A program made the translations under genes and the position numbers. A stretch of 32,000 nucleotides of DNA from Xylanibacter ruminicola 23 (lineage in GTDB: Bacteria > Bacteroidota > Bacteroidia > Bacteroidales > Bacteroidaceae), in assembly GCF_000025925.1 (NCBI RefSeq), contig NC_014033.1, positions 2,730,001 to 2,762,000 of the forward strand, written 5' to 3'. The number at the start of each line of letters is the position of its first letter. Within the stretch, counting starts at the first letter, position 1. Shown here one piece after another: positions 1 through 6,924 of this stretch. A model generated the notes under the pieces. That model saw nothing but the letters and a program-made list of their open reading frames with translations, had not been told where the DNA came from and did no database searches.

Positions 1-1
1 A

Positions 2-1105
2 ATGGAAGGTACCCAGCGTATGAAGGATAATGCCCGCGTGTTGAAATTCTTCATGACTACCGCCACAGCTAAACCCAGCGACAGTTTTGACACGTATTTT
101 ACCGAAGAGCTGACATGGATGCAGTCTAAACAGCAAACAGCCGACGGATTCTTTGACAGTGCATTGCGACGAATCTCGTATCAGGCTATCGTGCCCCACT
201 ATCAGAACAAACCCGAGCAGCAGTTGGCGCTGATGATTATCACCAACAACACCGATTACATCGAGCGTATGGAAACCATGCCTGTGGCCGACCTGGAGAA
301 GTTTTTCTATTACACCAAGACACCAGGCGACAAGCCCTTCGACCAGTTCCTGCAGCGCCAGTTCCAGATTAACGATTCATCGTACATCGAGCTCATCGGC
401 ACCAAGTACATGCGCTTAGCCAAATGGGACAAAGCCATCGAGTGGCTCAGCAAACTGCCCCTGACATACTTTAACTATCACCACAGTCAGGAGTACCTTT
501 ATTATTCTACAGCACGCAAGTACGATGTTGAACCTTGGATAACACGCCAGTGGCTTGATAGCAGCAATGCCTACAAGCGCGAGCAGAAGTGGAACAAAAA
601 CATCAAACTCGAATTCTGTAAGGAGATGCAGACCATGGAAAGTTCGCTGAACCTATTGCAAGACAAAGCTCTCGACCAGCGTTATTACGACCTGGCCGTA
701 CGCTATGCCCAAGCCAGTTTGAAGGGCGACTGCTGGTGGCTGCTCCGCAGCTCGAAGAACATCTACGACTCGGTACGTGTAAACGAGATTGACTTTGGCG
801 CTAAAGCTGCGGAGCTGTTGCAGAAGACAACCATGACAAAGGATAAGAACCTGAAGTTGAAGGCTATGTTTGCCATGGGCTGGCAGGAACTCTATAACGC
901 CACACCAGGTGCCAAGCTGTGGACCAGCAATGAATGGAACGAGCAGGCAGCCGACTATATCAGGCAGTATAACCGCGAATCGTGGCAGTTCCGCGCCTTC
1001 CAGAATCTGTACAATATGGTTGAGAATATGACCAACAAACCAGCGTACATTACCAAGTGCGATGAGTACGACCAGTTCCGTCAATACTACAGTAAGCATA
1101 AATAA
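2..1105 (+). CDS. hypothetical protein, C-terminal 367 aa; the gene starts upstream of the window
   Basis: The frame is open from the window edge to TAA at 1103-1105. It is W/Y-rich and helical-looking, and I recognised no family motif. The antisense ORF 653..1099 is judged a shadow. Confidence 0.75.
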   Translation: MEGTQRMKDNARVLKFFMTTATAKPSDSFDTYFTEELTWMQSKQQTADGFFDSALRRISYQAIVPHYQNKPEQQLALMIITNNTDYIERMETMPVADLEKFFYYTKTPGDKPFDQFLQRQFQINDSSYIELIGTKYMRLAKWDKAIEWLSKLPLTYFNYHHSQEYLYYSTARKYDVEPWITRQWLDSSNAYKREQKWNKNIKLEFCKEMQTMESSLNLLQDKALDQRYYDLAVRYAQASLKGDCWWLLRSSKNIYDSVRVNEIDFGAKAAELLQKTTMTKDKNLKLKAMFAMGWQELYNATPGAKLWTSNEWNEQAADYIRQYNRESWQFRAFQNLYNMVENMTNKPAYITKCDEYDQFRQYYSKHK

Positions 1106-1131
1106 GGGATTTAGTAAAAATTATCCCTTTT
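1104..1131 (+). terminator. weak intrinsic terminator after the first CDS
   Basis: AAGGGAT (1104-1110) pairs with ATCCCTT (1123-1129), giving a 7-bp stem followed by TTTT. Confidence 0.4.
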
Positions 1132-1157
1132 CGTGCACGTATTTCAAAAAATAGATG

Positions 1158-1165
1158 TACCTTTG
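1158..1165 (+). promoter_or_regulatory. Bacteroidota -7 promoter box TACCTTTG upstream of tRNA-Pro
   Basis: Matches the TAnnTTTG consensus followed by CA, 31 nt before the tRNA 5' end. Confidence 0.55.
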
Positions 1166-1195
1166 CAGGCGATTCTTCGGAATCACCCGCAAAAT

Positions 1196-1268
1196 CGGGA
1201 TGTAGCGCAGTTGGTAGCGCACTACGTTCGGGACGTAGGGGTCGGGCGTTCGAGTCGCCTCATCCCGA
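1196..1268 (+). tRNA. tRNA-Pro, anticodon CGG
   Basis: Hand-folded 73-nt cloverleaf: acceptor CGGGATG/CATCCCG, D arm GCGC-AGTTGGTA-GCGC, anticodon arm CTACG-TTCGGGA-CGTAG (anticodon CGG, G37), variable loop GGGTC, T arm GGGCG-TTCGAGT-CGCCT, discriminator A. CCA is not fully encoded. Confidence 0.93.
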
Positions 1269-1281
1269 CCTAGAGCAAGAG

Positions 1282-1311
1282 AGGTGACTGTGTAAAACGG
1301 CCACCTTTTTT
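1282..1311 (+). terminator. modest hairpin plus T-run after the tRNA
   Basis: AGGTG..CACCT stem followed by TTTTTT (1306-1311). Confidence 0.4.
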
Positions 1312-1386
1312 ATGGCTTTATGTATAAATTTTCGTCCAGAAATGCATTTTTTTGCGTTTTTCCTTGGATATTCCGCTAAAATTGAA

Positions 1387-1394
1387 TAAATTTG
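1387..1394 (+). promoter_or_regulatory. -7 promoter box TAAATTTG upstream of korA
   Basis: TAnnTTTG+CA match, 42 nt before the ATG at 1436. Confidence 0.55.
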
Positions 1395-1435
1395 CACCCC
1401 GTAAGTTAGAAACGTTAGAAACAAAACTGAATATT

Positions 1436-3280
1436 ATGGCAGAAACATTGGAAGTAAAGGAGCTTGACCAAGTGGTTGTACGCTTCTCTGGTGACTCCGG
1501 CGACGGCATGCAGCTTGCTGGAAACATCTTCTCTACGGTCAGTGCCACCGTTGGTAACGGCATTTCAACATTCCCCGACTATCCAGCCGACATCCGCGCC
1601 CCGCAAGGTTCGCTCACTGGTGTATCAGGTTTCCAGGTACACATCGGTGCTGGTAAAGTTTACACCCCTGGTGACAAGTGCGACGTGCTCGTAGCCATGA
1701 ACGCAGCCGCGCTAAAGACACAGTATCGTTACGCCAAGCCCGGTGCAACGATTATCATCGACACAGACTCATTCGGTCCTAAGGATCTGGAGAAGGCCCA
1801 GTTTGCTACCGAGGATTACCTCGGCGAGATGGGTATCGACCCCGACCGTGTGATCCAGTGCCCTCTCACTACCATGGTTAAGGATTGTCTGGCCGACAGC
1901 GGTATGGACAACAAGGCTATGCTGAAATGTAGAAACATGTTCGCGCTCGGATTGGTTTGCTGGCTCTTCGATCGCGACCTGAACCTCGTAGCTAACTTCC
2001 TGCGTGAAAAGTTTGCCAAGAAACCTGCTATCGCCGAGGCTAACATCAAGGTGATTCAGGCTGGTTGGGACTATGGTCACAACACACACTCAAGCGCTAT
2101 CAATGTTTATCGCGTAGAAACCAAGGAGAAGACTCCTGGACGCTATATGGATATCACCGGTAACAAGGCTACCGCTTACGGCTTCATCGCTGCTGCCGAG
2201 AAGGCTGGTCTGCGCCTTTACTTAGGTTCTTATCCTATCACTCCTGCAACCGACGTGCTGCACGAGCTCAGTAAGCACAAGTCGTGCGGTGTCATCACCG
2301 TACAGTGCGAGGATGAGATTTCAGGCTGTGCCTCGGCTCTCGGTGCTTCGTTCGCCGGTGCACTGGGTGTTACCTCAACCTCTGGTCCTGGTGTTTGCTT
2401 GAAGAGCGAGGCCATGAACCTGGCTGTGATTATGGAGTTGCCACTCGTAGTACTCGACGTACAGCGTGGTGGTCCTGCTACCGGTCTGCCAACCAAGAGC
2501 GAGCAGACCGACCTACTGCAGGCCCTGTTCGGCCGTAACGGTGAGAGCCCCATGCCAGTGCTGGCAGCCACCAGTCCTGCCGACTGTTTCGACGCTGCTT
2601 ATCAGGCTGCCAAGATGGCCCTTGAGCACATGACACCTGTGGTACTGCTCACCGATGCTTATATCGCTAATGGTTCTGGTGCTTTCAAACTGCCAGAGAT
2701 GGCCAAGCTCGATGCCATTAATCCTCCTTACGTTCCTGAGGAGCTGAAGGGTAAGTGGACACCTTACATGCGTGCCGAGAACGGAACCCGCTACTGGGCT
2801 ATTCCTGGTCGCGAGGGCTTTGCTCATATCCTGGGTGGACTGGAGAAGGACTCTAACACAGGTGCTATCTCTACCAACCCTGAGAACCACGATCTGATGA
2901 CTCGTCTGCGCCAGCAGAAGATTGACAATATCCAGGTGCCCGACCTTGAAGTTGACGGCGATGCCGATGCCGACCTGCTGATTGTTGGCTTCGGTTCCAC
3001 CTACGGTCACCTGCACTCAGCTATGGATGAGCTGAAGGCTAAGGGCTACAAGGTAGCTCAGGCTCAGTTCAAGTATCTGAACCCACTGCCAAAGAACACT
3101 GCTGCCGTTCTTACTAAATATAAGAAGGTGGTAGTAGCCGAGCAGAACATGGGTCAGCTGGCTGCTTACCTCCGCATGAAGGTTGACGGCTTCGTACCTT
3201 ACCAGTTCAATCAGGTAAAGGGCCAGCCATTCGTAGTAGAAGAACTTGTAAATGCGTTTGAGGAGATCATAAAAAAATAA
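1436..3280 (+). CDS. korA: 2-oxoacid (2-oxoglutarate):ferredoxin oxidoreductase, alpha subunit (fused gamma+alpha domains)
   Basis: 614 aa starting MAETLEVKELDQVVVRFSGDSGDGMQLAG, followed by a pyruvate-flavodoxin/ferredoxin oxidoreductase core. The TPP-binding beta subunit lies directly downstream. I prefer the ATG at 1436 to ORF-track position 1352, because 1352 lies upstream of the promoter box. Confidence 0.9.
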   Translation: MAETLEVKELDQVVVRFSGDSGDGMQLAGNIFSTVSATVGNGISTFPDYPADIRAPQGSLTGVSGFQVHIGAGKVYTPGDKCDVLVAMNAAALKTQYRYAKPGATIIIDTDSFGPKDLEKAQFATEDYLGEMGIDPDRVIQCPLTTMVKDCLADSGMDNKAMLKCRNMFALGLVCWLFDRDLNLVANFLREKFAKKPAIAEANIKVIQAGWDYGHNTHSSAINVYRVETKEKTPGRYMDITGNKATAYGFIAAAEKAGLRLYLGSYPITPATDVLHELSKHKSCGVITVQCEDEISGCASALGASFAGALGVTSTSGPGVCLKSEAMNLAVIMELPLVVLDVQRGGPATGLPTKSEQTDLLQALFGRNGESPMPVLAATSPADCFDAAYQAAKMALEHMTPVVLLTDAYIANGSGAFKLPEMAKLDAINPPYVPEELKGKWTPYMRAENGTRYWAIPGREGFAHILGGLEKDSNTGAISTNPENHDLMTRLRQQKIDNIQVPDLEVDGDADADLLIVGFGSTYGHLHSAMDELKAKGYKVAQAQFKYLNPLPKNTAAVLTKYKKVVVAEQNMGQLAAYLRMKVDGFVPYQFNQVKGQPFVVEELVNAFEEIIKK

Positions 3281-3288
3281 TTAGCAAC

Positions 3289-3341
3289 GGACTACAGGAC
3301 TAAAACGACTTTACAAAAATAGTCCTTAAGTCCTGTAGTCC
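3289..3341. repeat. perfect 13-bp inverted repeat (hairpin) in the korA-korB intercistronic spacer
   Basis: GGACTACAGGACT (3289-3301) is the exact reverse complement of AGTCCTGTAGTCC (3329-3341). An extra AGTCCT copy sits at 3321-3326. No T-run follows. Confidence 0.85.
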
Positions 3342-3361
3342 TTGCAAAAAATATAAAAAGT

Positions 3362-4366
3362 ATGGAATATACAGCACAAGATTTTAAGAAAGGCCAGCCT
3401 CGTTGGTGCCCTGGTTGCGGCGACCACTTCTTCCTGGCTTCACTCCATAAGGCTATGGCCGAGATTGGCGTAGCTCCCGAGAACGTAGCAGTCATCTCAG
3501 GTATCGGCTGTTCAAGCCGTCTGCCACACTATATGGCTACCTACGGCATGAACACCATCCACGGTCGTGCCGCTGCCATCGCTACCGGTGCTAAGGTAGC
3601 TAACCCCAACCTGACTGTATGGCAGGTATCAGGTGATGGTGACGGACTGGCTATCGGTGGTAACCACTTTATTCACGCCAACCGTCGTAACATCGACCTG
3701 AACATGATTCTGCTCAACAACCGTATCTACGGTCTTACCAAGGGTCAGTACTCTCCTACCTCACCCCGTGGCTTCGTATCTAAGTCGAGCCCTTACGGTA
3801 CCGTAGAGGATCCTTTCCGTCCTGCCGAGCTTTGCTTCGGTGCCCGCGGTCACTTCTTTGCCCGTTGCGTGGCTACCGATGCCAAGGGTACTGTTGAGGT
3901 TCTGAAGGCTGCTTACGAGCACAAAGGTGCCAGCGTAACAGAGGTTCTGCAGAACTGCGTAATCTTCAACGACCATTGCCACGATGTGGTTTACAACAAC
4001 GAGGGTCGTAAGAAGAACGCCATCTATGTAAAGCACGGTGAGAAGTTGGTATTCGGCGAGAACAACGAGTTCGGACTGGTACAGCAGGGCTTCGGACTGA
4101 AGGTAGTTGAGATTGGCAAGGATGGCTACACCATCGACGATGTACTGGTACACGACGCTCACTGCGAGGACAACACTCTGCAGCTGAAGCTGGCTATGAT
4201 GACACCTGAGGATGGATTCCCCATCGCTCTCGGTGTAATCCGCGATGTAGAGGCTCCTACCTACAACGATGCCGTTCATGCACAGCTGGCTGAAGTAGCT
4301 GCTCAGAAGAAGTATCACAACTTTGAGGAGTTGCTCGAGACCAACGACATCTGGGAGGTTAAATAA
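3362..4366 (+). CDS. korB: 2-oxoacid:ferredoxin oxidoreductase, beta (TPP-binding) subunit
   Basis: 334 aa with PRWCPGCGDH near the N-terminus and a GDGD..NN TPP-binding motif (SGDGDGLAIGGNHFIHANRRNIDLNMILLNN). Confidence 0.92.
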   Translation: MEYTAQDFKKGQPRWCPGCGDHFFLASLHKAMAEIGVAPENVAVISGIGCSSRLPHYMATYGMNTIHGRAAAIATGAKVANPNLTVWQVSGDGDGLAIGGNHFIHANRRNIDLNMILLNNRIYGLTKGQYSPTSPRGFVSKSSPYGTVEDPFRPAELCFGARGHFFARCVATDAKGTVEVLKAAYEHKGASVTEVLQNCVIFNDHCHDVVYNNEGRKKNAIYVKHGEKLVFGENNEFGLVQQGFGLKVVEIGKDGYTIDDVLVHDAHCEDNTLQLKLAMMTPEDGFPIALGVIRDVEAPTYNDAVHAQLAEVAAQKKYHNFEELLETNDIWEVK

Positions 4367-4404
4367 CCTCTAAATTACCCGCGAGTTTGTAAACTCCACA
4401 TATC

Positions 4405-4442
4405 AATCATCCCCATGGCAAATCGTTGTGGGGATGATTTTT
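4405..4442 (+). terminator. intrinsic terminator after korB
   Basis: AATCATCCCCA (4405-4415) pairs with TGGGGATGATT (4429-4439), an 11-bp stem running into a T-run. Confidence 0.8.
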
Positions 4443-4507
4443 GTGTAAAAATACACTCATTTATCGTTTTTTCTCTCAACTATAAAACTAGTTTCTCAAT
4501 AAATGAT

Positions 4508-4515
4508 TATCTTTG
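4508..4515 (+). promoter_or_regulatory. -7 promoter box TATCTTTG upstream of the DASS transporter
   Basis: TAnnTTTG match, 49 nt before the ATG at 4564. Confidence 0.5.
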
Positions 4516-4563
4516 CGCTCGATTTTTACTTAAAACCAAATATTAAATAATAACTTATAACAT

Positions 4564-6069
4564 ATGTTTCACATTTACGAAGGATTTCATCTTGTTGAGG
4601 CGTATCACAAAATGCGTCACAATCGTAAGTACTATCCTGCCGATGGTACCAAACGAGCTATTAAGATTGCACTTGTAGCTCTCATTACTCTGTTACTTTG
4701 GAATATGCCTGCCGAATGGTATGGCATCCAGAACCTTACCGTCATTCAGCAGCGCATCATCGCTATCTTCGCGTTTGCTACACTCATGTGGGTTTTCGAG
4801 GTTGTCAGCTCGTGGGCCACTTCGGTAGCCATCATTGTGTTGATGCTTCTATTCTGCACAGACAGTGGTATCCTACCCATGGTGAACGAAGAAGAAGTAG
4901 GTAAGTTGCTTAGTTACAAAGGTGTGATGGCCACCTTCGCCGACCCAGTGATTATGCTGTTTATCGGTGGATTTGTGCTGGCTATTGCTGCCACCAAGAC
5001 CGGTCTCGATGCCCAGTTGGCCAAGGTGCTGCTGAAGCCTTTCGGCACACGCAGCGAGATGGTGCTCTTAGGATTCCTGCTCATCACCGGTTTATTCTCG
5101 ATGTTCGTATCTAACACAGCTACAGCTGCCATGATGCTGACATTCCTCACACCTGTGTTCCACCAGCTGCCTCCCGAGGGTAAGGGTCGTGTAGCCCTGG
5201 CCATGAGTATCCCTGTAGCTGCCAACCTGGGTGGTATGGGTACCCCTATCGGTACACCTCCAAACACCATCGCCCTGAAATACCTGAACGATCCTGAAGG
5301 TTTGAATATGGGTCTGGGCTTTGGTCAGTGGATGATGTTCATGTTCCCACTTGTTATCCTGCTGCTGTTCATCAGCTGGCGCATCCTGCTCAAGGCATTC
5401 CCATTCACACAGAAGACGATTGAGCTGAACATAGAGGGTGGTATGAAGAAGGGTTTCCACTCTAAAGTGGTTATCATCACCTTCTTTGTTACCGTAGCTC
5501 TCTGGTTGCTCGACCGTGTTACTGGTATCAACTCATATACTGTGGCTATGATTCCCTTTATGGTGTTCGCCCTGACAGGTGTGATTACCAAGCGTGACCT
5601 GGAGCAGATTAACTGGAGTGTGATCTGGATGGTGGCCGGTGGTTTCGCACTGGGTTACGGTCTGAACGCTTCGGGACTGGCAGCTAACGCTGTTGAGAGC
5701 ATCCCCTTCGGCGAGTTCTCACCACTGCTCATCCTGTTGATGGGAGGTGCTATCTGCTACCTGCTCAGTAACTTCATCTCTAACTCGGCCACAGCAGCAC
5801 TGTTGATGCCTATCCTGGCTATCGTTTGTGGTGCCATGGGCGACAAGCTGGCTCCTATCGGCGGTACACCAACCGTACTGATCGGTGTAGCCATCGCAGC
5901 CTCATCGGCCATGATTCTGCCTATCTCTACCCCACCAAATGCTCTGGCATTTGCTACAGGCTATGTGAAGCAGAATGATATGGCAAAGATGGGTATTGTA
6001 ATGGGTATCATCTCTATGGTATTAGGCTTCGGTCTGGTTTACCTGATGGGAACACTCCACTTGATTTAA
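4564..6069 (+). CDS. DASS/SLC13-family sodium-coupled anion (di/tricarboxylate or sulfate) symporter
   Basis: 501 aa polytopic membrane protein with the two hairpin-tip motifs typical of DASS transporters (VSNTATAAMM and SNSATAALLMP). The start could instead be the internal Met at 4612. Confidence 0.85.
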   Translation: MFHIYEGFHLVEAYHKMRHNRKYYPADGTKRAIKIALVALITLLLWNMPAEWYGIQNLTVIQQRIIAIFAFATLMWVFEVVSSWATSVAIIVLMLLFCTDSGILPMVNEEEVGKLLSYKGVMATFADPVIMLFIGGFVLAIAATKTGLDAQLAKVLLKPFGTRSEMVLLGFLLITGLFSMFVSNTATAAMMLTFLTPVFHQLPPEGKGRVALAMSIPVAANLGGMGTPIGTPPNTIALKYLNDPEGLNMGLGFGQWMMFMFPLVILLLFISWRILLKAFPFTQKTIELNIEGGMKKGFHSKVVIITFFVTVALWLLDRVTGINSYTVAMIPFMVFALTGVITKRDLEQINWSVIWMVAGGFALGYGLNASGLAANAVESIPFGEFSPLLILLMGGAICYLLSNFISNSATAALLMPILAIVCGAMGDKLAPIGGTPTVLIGVAIAASSAMILPISTPPNALAFATGYVKQNDMAKMGIVMGIISMVLGFGLVYLMGTLHLI

Positions 6070-6080
6070 TTCTAGATTTT

Positions 6081-6182
6081 TAGGCACGGATTACACGGCT
6101 TAAATAAAATTTAAGACACGGCTTTAGTTGCGATGCTAAAGCCGTGTCTTTTTATAAAAAAAAGCTGTGTAATCCGTGCCTA
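6081..6182. repeat. nested palindromic element between convergent genes: outer 20-bp stem enclosing an inner 15-bp hairpin
   Basis: Outer arms are TAGGCACGGATTACACGGCT (6081-6100) and AGCTGTGTAATCCGTGCCTA (6163-6182), complementary at 19 of 20 positions. Inner arms are AAGACACGGCTTTAG (6113-6127) and CTAAAGCCGTGTCTT (6136-6150), perfectly complementary. Confidence 0.9.
6113..6153. terminator. bidirectional intrinsic terminator for the DASS gene (+) and upp (-)
   Basis: Perfect 15-bp stem with an 8-nt loop. It is followed by TTTTT on the plus strand and by AAATTTTATTT on the minus-strand transcript. Confidence 0.8.
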
Positions 6183-6190
6183 TAAAAAAA

Positions 6191-6850
6191 CTACAGTTTC
6201 TCGCCGTAGCACAGGTCGCCACAGTCACCGAAGCCTGGAACGATATACTTATGCTCGTTCATACCTGGGTCGATGGCGGCACACCAGATGGTAGAGCCAT
6301 CGGGAAGCGCACTTTTCACAACCTCAAGTCCCTCGGGTACAGCAATCACACAAGCCACGTGAATCTTCTTGGGTTTGCCTGTCTTTACCAATGCCTCGAT
6401 ACTGGCAGCCATAGAACCGCCGGTAGCCAGCATCGGATCGACAATCACCAGTGTTTTGCCCTTGGCACTTGGTGCAGCCAGATACTCGGTATGCACGCCC
6501 ACCTCGGTATGCTCACGGTTGGTGTACATACGATAAGCCGATACGAAAGCATTGTCGGCATGATCGAACACATTGATAAAACCCTCGTGGAAAGGCAGAC
6601 CGGCACGCAGCACAGTGGCAATCAGCAGGTCTTCCTTTGGCAGCTGGATATCGATAGTGCCCAATGGTGTTGTAATAGTCTTGGGACGATACTCCAGAGT
6701 TTTCGACAACTCGTAGGCCATCATCTCGCCCACACGCTTGATATTATGACGGAACAACAGACGGTTCTTCTGATAGTTCTTGTCTCTCAGTTCCGACATG
6801 TACAAATTGATAACCGAATTGGTTTTGCTAAAATCTACTACTTCAATCAT
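6191..6850 (-). CDS. upp: uracil phosphoribosyltransferase
   Basis: 219 aa from MIEVVDFSK. The motif LVIVDPMLATGGS (PRPP-binding loop) is present and the C-terminus YIVPGFGDCGDLCYG is typical of Upp. The ATG at 6850 is preferred to 6871, which leaves the promoter box 27 nt upstream. Confidence 0.92.
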   Translation of the reverse strand: MIEVVDFSKTNSVINLYMSELRDKNYQKNRLLFRHNIKRVGEMMAYELSKTLEYRPKTITTPLGTIDIQLPKEDLLIATVLRAGLPFHEGFINVFDHADNAFVSAYRMYTNREHTEVGVHTEYLAAPSAKGKTLVIVDPMLATGGSMAASIEALVKTGKPKKIHVACVIAVPEGLEVVKSALPDGSTIWCAAIDPGMNEHKYIVPGFGDCGDLCYGEKL

Positions 6851-6876
6851 ATACTTACATTTTTGCGGCAAAAGTA

Positions 6877-6884
6877 CAAATTTA
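6877..6884 (-). promoter_or_regulatory. -7 promoter box TAAATTTG (minus strand) for upp
   Basis: The plus strand reads CAAATTTA, which is TAnnTTTG on the minus strand. Confidence 0.5.
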
Positions 6885-6924
6885 AAATGACAGTGACAAG
6901 TTTTAATAGGAAAAACATGCTGAG

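Noticed and set aside
653-1099. 148-aa ORF on the minus strand inside the first CDS
   Set aside because: It is fully antisense to a longer ORF with better coding character, and has no promoter box or recognisable motif. It is a typical shadow ORF.
1196-1268. tRNA-Pro as a possible genomic-island integration site
   Set aside because: There is no integrase next to it and no obvious duplicated tRNA 3' end nearby. The flanking genes are core metabolism.
1352-1435. 28-codon N-terminal extension of korA
   Set aside because: It covers the promoter box TAAATTTG and the leader repeat. MAETLEVKELDQVVV fits the usual KorA N-terminus.
3761-4318. 185-aa minus-strand ORF inside korB. Similar long antisense ORFs occur at 2513..3016, 8714..9265, 12101..12553, 13880..14434, 21889..22533, 24708..25193 and 31662..31949.
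   Set aside because: All lie opposite confidently identified genes and lack start context or motifs. Long antisense frames are expected at this GC content and codon bias.
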